From positions 1,240,001-1,304,000 of the forward strand of contig JASTWF010000046.1 of NCBI GenBank assembly GCA_030390025.1: a stretch of 64,000 nt of DNA, given 5' to 3'. This DNA comes from Squalus acanthias. Taxonomy: Eukaryota. The position numbers and the translations under genes are program-made. Shown here one piece after another: positions 1 through 13,082 of this stretch. Below the pieces are notes generated by a model. That model was not told the origin of the DNA. It saw only the letters and a list, made by a program, of their open reading frames with translations, and did not search any database. Numbering within the stretch: the first letter of the stretch is position 1; each line of letters starts with the position of its first letter.

Positions 1-168
1 TTCCAATCGACATCCTGAAGTATCAGCAATGCCAGTCAAGGAGATTCTATAAAGGTGAACTCGGACATCAGCATAGATTCCTGCTTTTAACAATAAGTCT
101 CTATCCTCAGAAACTGGAGAGCTTCTTGCACAGCTTACTGGAAGGGTATTCAGCAACTGTTTCACAAC
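1..168 (-). CDS. LRIF1: Downstream coding exon of LRIF1-like gene (runs off window start)
   Basis: Acceptor gtattttcacag at 170/169, phase 0, matching the phase-0 donor at 8905. 56 open codons VVKQLLNTLPVSCARSSPVSEDRDLLLKAGIYADVRVHLYRISLTGIADTSGCRLE. EDRDLLLKAGIYADVRVHLYRI aligns with human LRIF1 [22 protein letters not shown] (HP1-binding segment, recalled). Not in the ORF track because it has no start codon. Confidence 0.8.
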
Positions 169-1929
169 CTGTGAAAATACGAGATGCAGGGATTTCAGTA
201 AAAGTATTGCACTACAAAACAACACACAATGTGCAATCAGCCCCACACAACTTACTAAAAAAAACACATGGGAGTCACAGCAGCAAACTATGCACGCGCT
301 GTATTTCCTTCCATTTACAACTTTTAGCAAAGAAGTGGGCTGGAATGCAAAGGGAAACTGCTCGACTCTCCTGTCTACTCCTGCTTTAATTAACAAGTAG
401 AGTGGGGGGGGGAAACAAACTACTACACGCCTGAGGTGAATAAAGGTTTTGTGGGCAGAGAGTGATTGAGGCATAACCAAAACTATTTTCAGCCCATAAT
501 TCAGCAGTTCTTCAACCACACCATATGTATCCTGATCAGAATAAAGAACCTTACATCTCAGCCAGTGCCGTTTCACAACTGCTCAAAGAGTTAGTGGCTG
601 AACAGCATTTTTCCCAAAACCTTCGAAAGGGCATTGGTATCATTCTATGATTCTACGAAATCCTCACAGGATGAAGGGACACACCCATCTACCCTTCACC
701 TCACGGTGATGCATGCTGGGGAAATCTGCACATGCTCAGAATACACTGCTGTGATTAGAAGCTATCCAACTTTTGGAGGTAAAAACATCCAGTTGAAAGC
801 TGGGTTTTTCCAGACAGGTGAAGGCATTGAAATGAAAACTTTAATAAAGGTATTAAAAGACAAAAAGAACATTAATTTAAATGTCATTGTAAAATATGGA
901 TTTTTAAACATTTTGTTTAGAACCTGATTTTGAACATAAGAAATTTCAATTACTGAGAAAAATAGCAGTTAAAAATTTCTTCAAAAAAATAGTTTGACTG
1001 ACTCAACTGGATGTGTGATGGTGGAATGTTTTAAATATTTAGATAGGGATTTCCTTGTGACATATAGATTTTCTATTATAAAATGCATGATGCAAGAAGT
1101 AAGGTTTGTGGACAGGAGCAAGACTTTCAACAACATTTATCTCAACAAAAGGACTTTGAGGTCCATCAACCTCCCAAACTCCAGTAACAGGACTTTCTGG
1201 GGAGGCAAAAAAAGCTAAAAACCTGCAGACAATTTCAGGAAAAAGTCTGGGAAATTCCTCCACAATTCACTCAATGACCTAATCTAACCCACCGTCTCAA
1301 TTTTCCAAAATGTCCTCCTCACTCAGGAACTCCTACCATCAGTAACACCCTCACCAGCCATTTTGTTTAGAGACTGCACTATAGGGTTTGAAAGAACAAG
1401 CAGATAATTCAATGAATCACAGGACCTGTACTGGAAACGGCAATGTGTTGAATGGAAGTTGTGCTGGATTGTCCACACATTGAGTCAATGAGTGGAAAAT
1501 CTAACCCAATTGTTGTGAGCTCTTTATTTTAAAAATGGTGAGGGGGAAAAGAGGAAAACATCTTAAATATCAGATACATTCAAATTGAAAGGAATTTTAT
1601 CCCACCAATAAAATAACTGATTAAAATTAATGTAAAGACAAAACTAACATTTTCTGTATTTTCTTAAGTCCTTTGTGAAACCAGTTTAACTACTTTTCAG
1701 TTGGAAAGTACCACTCTATATTGCAGAATGCTGCTTAGCCCCAGTCTTGAACGAACATGCCTACAAGTCATAGGAAATCCACATTGATAAGAGAATGGCA
1801 TCAACTTATACTTGTGTACCTCTCATTCTATACAAAGACATGTCAGGCCACATCACAGGGCAGTGACTAGTAAAGAACCCTATTTTTCACAGGGTGGGGG
1901 AAAAAAGTGAGTTCAGGGGAAATAGCGGA

Positions 1930-2135
1930 ACAGAAGAAGCCAAAAGCATGGTCAAAGAGGAATATCTGAAGAAAGCAGAGAGGGAGGTGGCAAGGGAGTG
2001 CGTTTCTCAGGGTACATGCAAGGTGGCGAATAGTGGCCACCAATAGGGGAGTGGAACGAAGAAATAGGCTGGTGTTGGAGCGCCAGAGGATCAAGGGGTG
2101 TGTGCAGGAACAGAGGGCTGGAGGAGTGTAGGCGG
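1930..2135 (-). mobile_element. Old, degenerate L2-type LINE 3' fragment
   Basis: Weak resemblance to the reverse strand of L2 3' coding sequence (ggccaccaat...gggctggaggag); no intact ORF. Confidence 0.3.
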
Positions 2136-2139
2136 GAGC

Positions 2140-2985
2140 ATTAAATTACAAAGAGACATTGAGAGATTAAGTGAGTGGGCAAAACTGTGGCAGATCGATT
2201 TCAACATAGGTGTGAGGTCATCTATTTTGGTCCAAAAAAAGACACATCCAAGTATTTATTTATTTTTTAAATTGTGAAAAGCTAGGAACACTGGAGGTCC
2301 AGAGAAATTTAGGGGTCCATGTACACAGATTACTAAATGTAGTGGGTCAGGTACAAAAAATAATCAAGAATGTTAGTAGTCTTTATCACGAGAGGGCTAG
2401 AATATGAAGGGGAGGAAGTTTTGCTAAAGCTCTACAAAGCGCTCGTTAGACCACATCTGGAGTACTGTGTACAGTTCTGGGCACCGCACCCTAGAAAGGA
2501 TATATTGGCCTTGGAAGGAGTGCAGCGCAGATTCACCAGAACTCCAAGGGTTAGATTATGAGGAGAGATCACATAAACTAGGCTTGTGTTCCCTGGAATA
2601 TAGAATGTTAAGGGGTGATTTGATTGAGGTTTTTAGGATTTTGAAAATAATTGATAGGGTAGAGAGAAACTTTTTCCGCTGGTGGGGGAGCATAGAACAA
2701 GGGGACATAATCTTAAAATGAGAGCCAGGCCATTCAGAAGAGAAGTTAGGAAACACATCTTCATGCAAAGGGTGGTAGAAGTGTGGAACACTCTCCCATA
2801 AAAAGCAGTAGATGCTAGCTCAATTAATAATTTTAAATCCAAGATCGATAGATTATTGCTAGCCAAGGGTATTAAGAGATATGGAGCTAAGGCTGGTAAA
2901 TGAATGTAGGTTACAGATCAGTCATGATCTCATTGAATGGCAGGACAGGCTCGAGGGGCTGAATGGCCTACTCCTGTTCCTATGT
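2140..2985 (+). mobile_element. 5'-truncated CR1 LINE, RT C-terminus and 3'UTR
   Basis: [30 protein letters not shown] in broken frames; 3' end ggctgaatggcctactcctgttcctatg. Confidence 0.9.
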
Positions 2986-3254
2986 AGCAGTCAAAGATAT
3001 TAGGGGCATTCAACATGCAATTAGATGCGAGTGTGGACAGTTAGGAGTACTAGAGGGATTGACATTCATGGGCCAACAGCCTCCTCTTATCCTTGATTTT
3101 TTTTCCTAATATTTATATGCATTAATACGCCAAGTTATAATGTAAATGCAGCCTGAATTCAGAATTCTGAATTCCTGCACTATCCCCATATCCCCTGAAT
3201 TCAGAGTCAAGGCTACATCCGGCACTGCACAAAAACTCCCTGGAGAAAACAGGG

Positions 3255-6200
3255 GGAAGTAATATGCAGTCAGAAACAAATGTTAGAAGGGTGAGAAACA
3301 ATAGGGGAAGGCCGAGTAAACAAAGGCAAGAAACACAAAGGGCCATACTAAATCATAAGTCTAAAAGGACAAAGGATGTTAATAAAACAAGCCTAAAGGC
3401 GCTGTGTCTTAATGCAAGGAGTATCCGTAATAAGGTGGATGAATTGACTGTGCAAATAGATGTTAACGGATACGATGTGATTGGGATTACAGAGACGTGG
3501 CTCCAGAAAAATCAAGGCTGGGAACTGAACATCCAGGGGTATTCAACATTCAGAAAGGATAGAATAAAAGGAAAAGGGGGTGGGGTAGCATTGCTGGTTA
3601 AAGAGGAGATTAATGCAATAGCTAGGAAGGACATCAGCTTGGAGGATGTGGAATCAATATGGGTTGAGCTGCAGAACACCAAAGGGCAGAAAACGTTAGT
3701 GGGAGTTGTGTACAGACCTCCAAACAGCAGTAGTGAGGTGGGGGAGGGTATGAAACAGGAAATCAGAGGTGCGTGCAAAAAAGGCACAGCAGTTATCATG
3801 GGTGACTTTAATATGCATATAGATTGGGCTACTCAAACTGGAAGCAATACGGTGGAGGATTTCCTGGAGTGTTTAAGGGATGGTTTCCTAAACCAATATG
3901 TTGAGGAACCAACTCGAGGGGAGGCCATCCTGGACTGGGTGTTGTGTAATGAGGAAGGACTAATCAGCAATCTTGTGGTACGAGGCCCCCTGGGGAAGAG
4001 TGACCATAGTATGGTGGAGTTCTACATTAGGATGGAGAAGGAAACAGTTAAGTCAGAGACCATGGTCCAGAACTTAAATAAGGGCAACATTGAGGGTATG
4101 AGGCGTGAATTGGCGAGGTTAAATTGGCAAGCGATATTTAAGGAGCTATCAGTGGAAGGGCAATGGCAGACATTTAGAGATCGCATGGATGAACTACAAC
4201 AATTGTACATCCCGGTCTGGCGTAAAAATAAAAAAGGGAAGGTGGCTCAACCATGGCTAACAAGGGAAATCAGGGATAGTATTAAAACCAAGGAAGTTGC
4301 ATACAAATTGGCCAGAAGTAGCAGCAAACCCGGGGACTGGGAGAACTTCAAAACTCAGCAGAGGAGGACGAAGGGTTTGATTAGGGCAGGGAAAATAAAA
4401 TATGAAAGGAAGCTTGCAGAGAACATTAAAATGGACTGCAAAAGCTTCTATAAATATGTAAAAAGAGGTTAGTAAAAACAAACGTAGGACCCCTGCAGTC
4501 GGAAACAGGGGAAGTCGTAATGGGGAACAAGGAAATGGCAGATCAATTGAACAAGTACTTTGGTTCGGTGTTTACTGTGGAGGACACACACAACCTGCCG
4601 GAAATAAAAGGGGTCAGAGGATCTGGTAAGAGGGAGGAGCTGAGGGAAATCCTTATTAGTCGGGAAAAGGTATTGGGGAAATTGATGGGACTGAAGGCTG
4701 AAAAATCCCCGGGGCCTGATGGTCTGCATCCCAGAGTACTTAAGGAGGTGGCCTTGGAAATAGTGGATGCATTGACGATCATTTTCCAACATTCCTTAGA
4801 CTCTGGATCAGTTCCGATGGAGTGGAGGGTGGCCAATGTAACCCCTCTTTTTAAAAAAGGAGGGAGAAAGCAGGGAATTATAGACCGGTCAGCCTGACAT
4901 CGGTCGTGGGTAAAATGATGGAAGCAATTATTAAAGATGTCATAACAGACCATTTGGAAAGTGGCGACATGATAGGTCCAAGTCAGCATGGATTTGTGAA
5001 AGGGAAATCATGCTTGACAAATCTTCTGGAATTTTTTGAGGATGTTTCCAATAGGGTGGACAGGGGGGAACCAGTAGATGTGGTGTATTTGGACTTTCAG
5101 AAGGCCTTCGACAAGGTCCCACACAAGAGATTGGTGAGCAAAGTTAAAGCACATGGGATTGGGGGTAATGTGTTGACGTGGATTGAGAACTGGTTGGCAC
5201 ACAGGAAACAAAGAGTAGGAGTAAATGGGTACTTTTCAGAATGGCAGGCAGTGACCAGCGGGGTACCGCAGGGTTCGGTGCTGGGACCCCAGCTGTTTAC
5301 ATTATATATTAATGATTTGGACGAAGGGATTAAATGTAATATCTCCAAATTTGCGGATGACACTAAATTGGGAGGCAGTGTGAACAATGAGGAGGATGCT
5401 AGGAGGCTACAGAGTGACTTGGACAGGTTGGGTGAATGGGCAAATGTAAGGCAGATGAAGTACAATGTGGATAAATGTGAGGTTATCCACTTTGGTGGTA
5501 AAAATAGGGAGGCAGACTATTACCTGAATGTTGGCAGATTAGGGAAAGGGGAGGTGCAACGAGACCTGGGCGTCATGGTACATCAGTCACTGAAGGTGGG
5601 AATGCAAGTGCAGCAGGCAGTCAAGAAAGCAAACGGAATGATGGCCTTCATAGTAAGGGGATTTGAGTACAGGAGTAGGGAGGTGATGCTGCAGTTGTAC
5701 AGGGCCTTGGTGAGGCCACACCTGGAGTATTGTGCGCAGTTTTGGTCTCCTAACTTAAGGAAGGACATTCTTGCTATTGAGGGAGTGCAGCGAAGGTTCA
5801 CTAGATTGATTCCTGGGATGGCCGGACTGACATATCAAGAAAGATTGGGTCAACTGAACTTGTATCCTCTGGAATTCAGAAGAATGAGGGGGGATCTTAT
5901 AGAGACATTTAAAATCCTGACTGGTTTAGACAAATTAGATGCGGGCCGAATGTTCCCAATGTTAGGGAAAACTAGAACCAGGGGGTCACAGTCTAAGGAT
6001 TAAGGGGAAGCCATTTAAGACTGAGCTGAGGAGGAACTTCTTCACCCAGAGAGTGGTGAATCTATGGAATTCTCTTCCACAGAAGGTTGTTGAGGCCAGT
6101 TCGCTAAATATATTCAAAAGGGAGTTAGATATAACACTCACAACTAGGGGGATCAAGGGGTATGGCGAGAAAGCAGGAATGGGGTACTGAGGTAGCATGT

Positions 6201-6282
6201 TCAGCCATGAACGCATTGAATGGCGGTGCAGGCTCGAAGGACCGAATGGTCTACTCCTGTACCTATTTTCTATGTTTCTATG
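3255..6282 (+). mobile_element. CR1 LINE, nearly complete ORF2 (APE endonuclease + RT), frameshifted; no ORF1
   Basis: APE motifs LNARSI, ITETWL, GGGVA, MGDFN, SDH (3264-4472); RT motifs QHGF, LDFQKAFDKV, GVPQGSVLGP, FADD (4906-6003); frameshifts near 4467, 4870 and 5990; (TTTCTATG)n tail 6267-6282. Confidence 0.95.
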
Positions 6283-7113
6283 AAAGGGACCTCACTTCAC
6301 TTCATGCCTTAACACTGGATTTACACCACAAAAGTGTCAGTGCAATGCCAAAAGCACTTTGCGCCAATGCTAAACTTGTGAGTCAAGAATGATTCTGGGG
6401 GCGGGGGGGGAGGGGGGGTGTGGGAAGTGCGATTTGGTAATGAAGAGGAAAGCAGGCTTCTTGGAGGCACTTTATCGATGGAGGTGATATGGAGTCAGCA
6501 ACGAATTGATGAAAATGCACAGAGAGCCTCCACATCACCTCAGCACTGGGTTTGGCCATTTTAATATCGCATCAGCCGATGTACCACTGATGAATCTGCA
6601 AGCCTTTCAAAGATAGGGCAAGCTCTTTGAAAACACTGCCTTCAAATCCACAGATTATTTCAAACTGAGACTGAATCTTCCAGCAGGTGGCACTCCAAGT
6701 CCATTAATGTGAAACCCTGGCTTCTGCCCGTGCAAAAGAACATTTTCAAAAAATTATACTGTCCTTGTGATGTTTTTCCCACATGCCATGTGGGAGTAAA
6801 GCAGTGAAGCACTAGTTCAGTTTGGCTTTATGCCAATCACTACTTCAGCACCAAGTGCTAAAACACACATGGTACTGCTGAAATCAGAAGTCTTATTACA
6901 AGTCAGAAAGCACCCAATTCTCATTTAATGCAGCTCTAGTTACCTTGTGCTACCAGTCAACCCACCCCAGAAAGTGAATTCCAATTTTTTTTTAATACTC
7001 CCATCCCCTTCCCATCTCTCCTGCAAAAAAGACATTTTAAGTATGTATTAAAGGAATTGGGGAACTCAGACCTTAATTCAACCAGCCCCACCACCCTGGG
7101 TTAGCTGCAGTGG

Positions 7114-8503
7114 CATAAGAACATAAGAAATTGGAGCAGTAGGCCATTTGGCCCTTCGAGCCTGCTCCGCCATTCAATAAGGTCATGGCTGATCTTCTAC
7201 CTCATCTCCACTTTCCTGCACTATCCCCATATCCCTTGATTCCCTTAATAGTCAAAAATCTATCGATCTCTGTCTTGAATATACTCAACGACTGAGCCTC
7301 CACAGCCCTCTGGGGTAGAGAATTCCAAAGATTCACCACTCTCTGAGAAATTTCTCCTCATCTCCTAAATGGCCGAGCCCTTATTATGAGACTATGACCC
7401 CTGATTCTAGACCAGGGGCAACATCCTCCCTGCATCTACCCTGTCAAGCCCTGTAAGAATGTTGTATGGTTCAATGAGATCACCTCTCATTCTTCTAAAC
7501 TCTAGAGAATATAGGCCTAGTCTACTCAATCTCTCCTCATAGGACAATCCCCCCATCCCAGGAACTAGTCTGGTGAACCTTCGTTGCACTCCCTCTATGG
7601 CAAGTATATCCTTCCTTAGGTAAGGAGACCAAAACTGTACACAATACTCCAGGTGTGGTCTCACCAGGGCCCTATATAATTGCAGTAAGACGTCTTTACT
7701 CTCATACTCAAATCCTCTTGTAATAAGGGCCAACATACCATTTGCTTTCCTAATTGCTTGCTGTACCTGCATGTTAACTTTCAGTGATTCGTGTACAAGG
7801 ACACCCAGGTCCCTCTGAACACCAATATTTTCCAATCTCTTACCATTTAAAAAAATACAGTGGTTTTCTATTTTTCCTACCAAAGTGGATAACTTCACAT
7901 TTCTCCACATTATGTTCCATTTGCCATGTTCTTGCCCATTCGCTTAGCATGTCTATATCCCCTTGAAGCCTCCTTGCATCCTCCTCACAACTTACATTCC
8001 CACCCACTTTTGTATCATCAACAAACTTGGATATATTACATTTGGTCCCCTCATCCAAATCATTGATGTAGATTGTGAATAGCTGAGGCCCAAGCACCGA
8101 TCCTTGCGGTACCCCACTAGTTACAGCCGCCAACCCGAAAATGACCCATTTATTCCTACTCTCTGTTTTCTGTCCGTTAACCAATCCTCAATCCATGCTA
8201 GTATATTACCCCCAATCCTATGAGCCCTAATTTTGTTTAAGAACCTCTTGTGTAGCTCCTTATCGAATGCCTTCTGAAAATCCAAATACACATCCACTGG
8301 TTCCCCCTTATCTATTCTGCTAGTTACACCCTCAAAAAACTCTTATCAGATTCGTCAAACACAATTTCCCTTTCATAAATCCGTGCTGACTCTGCCCAAT
8401 CCTATTATTATTTTCTAAGTGCCCTGTTACCACGTCCTTAATAATAGATTCTAGCATTTTCCCTACGACTGAGGTCAGGCTAACCGGTCTGTAGTTCCCC
8501 GTT
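7114..8503 (-). mobile_element. 5'-truncated CR1 LINE (RT region), antisense
   Basis: [27 protein letters not shown] in minus-strand ORFs; tail cataagaacataaga (= TTCTTATG repeats) at 7114-7128. Confidence 0.92.
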
Positions 8504-8904
8504 GTGACTCATCATTGGGAGCAGAAGTATGCCATTACCAAGAGCGGATCAGATGGCCAAATGCAGACCGACCCAGGGATGAAATTGTAGGTTCTGGGGA
8601 GGGGGCAGCAGTACTTCACCACATAAAAAAGATACACTTCAAGATTTAGCTAGCTACTCTCCTTGTGAATTAGGTTAGAGCGCACTGTCCCATGGAGAAG
8701 AATGGTTGCATGTCCAAGGTTCTTATTGCATACACTATTAAACAGACAGCAACTAGGGATTGCTCAACAAGCGCACTGCCCAGTAAGAAAATGGGCTCCC
8801 ATTATAACAAACAGTTCATAATTATGATCATTAGCTGGATGGTTGCATGGAACCCATTTGCGCAAGTGCATGCATGTTAGATACTAGTTTTCAAAGCTTT
8901 TCAC

Positions 8905-10647
8905 CTGTTGTGCCAGATTCAATCCATTCTCAACTGGATGCAGACTCGTGTCACGGGCACCCATACCCATCCCACTAGGATCATTTAACCAGTCGGCTCT
9001 CTTTATGTCACGTTCCTTTCCTTTCGTATCAAGTTCATTGCTCATTTCAGGTGAACCGGCATCCTGTCTTGTAGTTGAAGTGCTGAGCGAGGTTTGACTG
9101 GTCTCGATCCTCTGTTCAACCCGTCCTGGCTCGCCAAGAGACCGGCTCTGCTCAACCTGTCCTGGCTCGCCAAGAACCACCTTCGGCTCAACCTGTCCTG
9201 GCACGCCAAGAACCACCTTCGGCTCAACCTGTCCTGGCTCGCCAAGAACCACCTTCGGCTCAACCTGTCCTGGCTTGCCAAGAACCACCTTCGGCTCAAC
9301 CTGTCCTGGCTTGCCAAGAACCACCTTCGGCTCAACAGGCCCTGGCTCACCAAGAACCACCTTCGGCTCAACCTGTCCTGGCTTGCCAAGAACCACCTTC
9401 GGCTCAACAGGCCCTGGCTCGCCAAGAACCACCTTCGGCTCAACCTGTCCTGGCTCGCCAAGAACCACCTTCGGCTCAACAGGCCCTGGCTCGCCAAGAG
9501 ACCGGCTCGGCTCAACCTGTCCTGGCACGCCAAGAGACCGGCTCGGCTCAACCTGTCCTGGCACGCCAAGAGACCGGATCGGCTCAACCCGTCCTGGCTC
9601 GCCAAGAGACCGGCTCGGCTCAACCCGTCCTGGCACGCCAAGAGACCGGATCGGCGCAACCCGTCCTGGCACGCCAAGAGACCGGCTCGGCTCAACCTGT
9701 CCTGGCTCGCCCAGAGACCGGATCGGCTCAACCCGTCCTGGCTCGCCAAGAGACCGGATCGGCTCAACAGGCCCTGGCTCGCCAAGAGACCGGCTCGGCT
9801 CAACCTGTCCTGGCTCGCCAAGAACCACCTTCGGCTCATGTGGTCCCGGTTCCTTTAGAGGCAGCTTCGCTTTGTCTGCACCGGTGGGAATCTCAATGCC
9901 TTTTTGGGCTAAGAAGTACAGTTGCCCATTGTAGAGCAGCAGCGCGTTTTCTTTGAACGAACTCCCAGCCTTGGTATCCAATGGGCTGCTGGAGTAAGCC
10001 TTCATCAAACTGTCCATGCTGGCCCCCTTTGCCTGCTGCTTCACGAACGTCTTCAGCACCTGAGAGGCCAGGTTGTTGCAAAATTTTACAGAAACTGGTG
10101 TTGGGGCAACAGTAGCTTCTTTTCCCGCCCCGTTCATTTTGGTGTCTTGTCTCCGTGAGGACGGCTCCTTGCTCGGCACTTTGGCCGCTGGCGATGTGGT
10201 GGGTGTCTCCTGAACCGGATCAGTCACACCCTTAGCCCCGCGGATCAGCGACGATGGTTTGGGCACCAAAGGCAGGAGGCGCTTGGCCTCGGTCACCTTT
10301 ACTGGGTTCACCGGGCAGATGTAAATGGCTGTGGAGGGTTTGGTACAATCTCCACCCTTGGGCAGGTTGCGGGTTCCTCCGAAGATCTTCTGCTGGACTG
10401 CCACGGGCAAGGAGAACGTGGAGACGCAGCGAACCTCAGCGTTGACGGGAATCTGGATGTAGGTCCCAGGGCTGGACACGCTCTGTGCCATCCCCGAACG
10501 AGCGGCTGGGGAAGGGCTGGCGGCCGAGCCACTTGCAGGAGAGGCGATGGAGGAGTGCACTTGCTCACCGCCGCTGGCCCGGCCTCCACCAGATGGCTTG
10601 GGGGTAAGTGCCGTCTGGGGCTCAGGGCCCAGCTGGTTTTGGTTCAT
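8905..10647 (-). CDS. LRIF1: Large coding exon of LRIF1-like gene (ligand-dependent nuclear receptor-interacting factor 1 / HBiX1 family), 581 codons from first ATG
   Basis: Four blocks match recalled human LRIF1 in order: IQIPVNAEVRCVSTFSLPVAVQQKI (LQIPAHAEVKSVPASSLPPSVQQKI), AIYICPVNPVK (VIYVSPVNTVK), VKFCNNLASQVLKTFV (VKSSNNVASKILKTFV), KENALLLYNGQLYFLAQKG (KDNALVMFNGKVYLLAKKG). Acceptor tttttgtgctttcag at 10849/10848; first downstream ATG at 10647; donor CAG|GTGAAA at 8905/8904. Ortholog versus paralog not resolved. Confidence 0.85.
9107..9856 (-). repeat. Coding 36-bp tandem repeat (~20-21 units; 12-aa LGEPGQVEP[KVV/SRS/IRS])
   Basis: Unit ggctcaacctgtcctggctcgccaagaaccaccttc on + strand; frame preserved across the array. 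Confidence 0.97.
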
Positions 10648-11804
10648 AGCTCCTCTGGATCCAGCCTCCTGGGAGGCTCTCGAGTGGGTGCTGATTGTTG
10701 GTTGGGGGCTTTCCACAAAATAGAAACTGGAATGGGAGACCCTCCGCTCAACACAGTTCTGAACGCTGGCTGGACGCCTCTAGATGTCGAGAGGCGCAAG
10801 GAGAGACAGTCCTCTGAACTTAGGGGGCTGGGCAGCGGCTCCAAGTCCTGAAAGCACAAAAAGGGGAAAGATTAATTACAGGTATACCTCAAATAAACCA
10901 AGGTCTGTATTACTGGGGGTGTTGAATTCACAATTAAATAAAGCCGTGACAATCCAGGTTAGAGCAGGAGTCAACATAAAAACTTCTCGCAAATAATCCT
11001 ACCGGAAAACTAGCCATCCCTCCCCATCCAAATATATGGTCTGCCTGCAATGGGACTAGTTGTATCCTGGCCCAGCAGCGCCCTGGGCCGATGGGAGGTT
11101 GATGCAGACTACAACCAGAGGCAGTTCTCACTTGGGTCTCAATCTGTCTTAGGCAACCTATATCCGCTCATGTCCCCCAGTACTGCAAGACTCACTCTGG
11201 GTCCAAGCCACCTAACACAGGCCGAGCCGAGCACTGCCCTTCCAAATGTTGGCAGAAAGAAGCTTCCACCGAGTTGGCACACCAGAGTCCAAGCGAGGAC
11301 ACCCAAATTATCCACTTAGCGAGAGAGCCCAGGGTAGGAGGATCAGCCATGGTCTCCGCCCGGGTCGCTGTGCGCTATTGCGGGCTAGCGGAAAGTCGGC
11401 GATGTCCCCCCTCACTTGTTTCCAACCTGCTCAGTGACGACCAGGTATCCACGTGTCACAATACACCGTCCCGGGTTTGGGGGGCTGGGGGCTGTAAGAT
11501 TTTCTCCATTCTTAGACACCTCTTACTGCTATCTGGCACAACATACATCAAGTCGTGCAGAGGTTCTGCCCTCTGTCTAGGTGCCTGTGCAGCAATAGTA
11601 ATTCACCATTCAGCAGCATGCAGTTGGCAGTTTATTTCCGTGTCAGTTGGAAACATCTTGAAACACAAGCTGGCTGGAAACCTGATACTCGCTCTTGATG
11701 AATGAACAACCTGCTTTTAAATCTGTGCGACACAGCCGCACTCTCCAAACCTCAACTCCCTCACATCTGTTTCCACACATGCAACAAACACTTAAAATGA
11801 CTCA

Positions 11805-12170
11805 GATCTACAACATGGAAACAGGCTGTTCGGTGCAACCAGTCCATGTGAAGAGTTGATCCCCACACCAACAGTCGTCCAGTCCCATGTGCCCGTCCTG
11901 GTCCCACATTTCTTTATCCTCCCTCCCTCTCATGTCCAATCTATTCTGAAATGTCGACATGCTCTCTGCTTCAATCTTTAACTCCAGTCGTGCAATCCAC
12001 AGTCTCACAACCCTCTGTGCATAAAACAGGGTTATCCTGCTCTGTCCTAAATATTTTATGTCCCCTTGTTCTAGACCTCTCAAATCACTGTTGCTATCTA
12101 CTCTGTCCTATCATTTCATAATTGTAAATACCTCTATCAAATCATCCCTTCTCCTCTGCTCTGCTCTAAT
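11805..12170 (-). mobile_element. Old CR1 3' fragment
   Basis: MRGLEQG...QRVVRLW...IEAESMSTFQNRLD on the minus strand; CR1-like 3' hairpin region near 11820-11840. Confidence 0.6.
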
Positions 12171-13082
12171 GAAAAGACCCCTCCAACTCCACCCCACCCA
12201 TTCACCAGCTCTTTCACTCCCTTCCCCATCCACTCAATTACCTGTCAACTGGTTCTCATTTAGCCATCGATATTCCATCTTCCTACCTACAACAGCTGGA
12301 TGCTTATGTGTATACAGCATTAGTCTCCTTCAGACAAAACACTCTGATAGAAGGTCCACACTAGTCTATATGGGGATCCAACAATTGGTTCAATATAGGC
12401 ACGACTAATATGCTATGCGAAGCTGATGGTCGAACTACGTGAACACAGAGCGCTTGGGGCAGTGGAACAAGAAACAGCTGGAAATGGTTGACTGAGACAT
12501 TGCCGAGTGAAGCCAGAATGGCAATATAATAAATTATATCAATCGCTTCAATGCTAGCGTTTAGCCACCCCCCACTACCAAGTGAAAATATGGAATCATT
12601 CATTGGGAGATGGTTGCTTGTTTCTGACACAGTCTTCAGCTGTACTGTGCTGGACTCCTCGCCAAATACCTGGAAAGTTTGCCAATTGGGTTAATTATAT
12701 TTGGGAGCCAGTCCAAAGATAGAGGAGCGCTGGTCTCCTCTCAATACAACTGCACCACAACAGAACTAGCGCTACAAAATGTGGCCAATTTACAGCAACA
12801 TTTAAATACATGCGAGTTGAAAGTAGACATCAGAATATCTGATTGCTTCTCAAATTGAGTCACTTCCTGCTCACAACACAGTAAGGTTTTTGTTAACATC
12901 GCCTCGGAACGCCAAATGTACAGGCGTAGCAGATGACCCCTGGGTCAAACCGCACAGAAAGGCGACTGGTGCACCGAAGATGGCGGAAGTACTGATTTGA
13001 ACATGTAACCTACAAGTGTTTTTTTTGTGGGGACACACACGCAATCCTTCATATTTCTGTAGGAAATCCTTCAGATTTCTAT

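Noticed and set aside
9042-9934. Overlapping alternative-frame and antisense ORFs over the 36-bp repeat; collagen-like appearance of GEPG
   Set aside because: Only the frame continuous with the LRIF1 motifs is supported. Gly is not at every third residue, so it is not collagen.
8884-10716. 610-aa single-exon protein as listed in the ORF track
   Set aside because: The listed start is GTG, and the last residues (VKSFEN*) lie past a consensus donor at 8905/8904. The true CDS is spliced.
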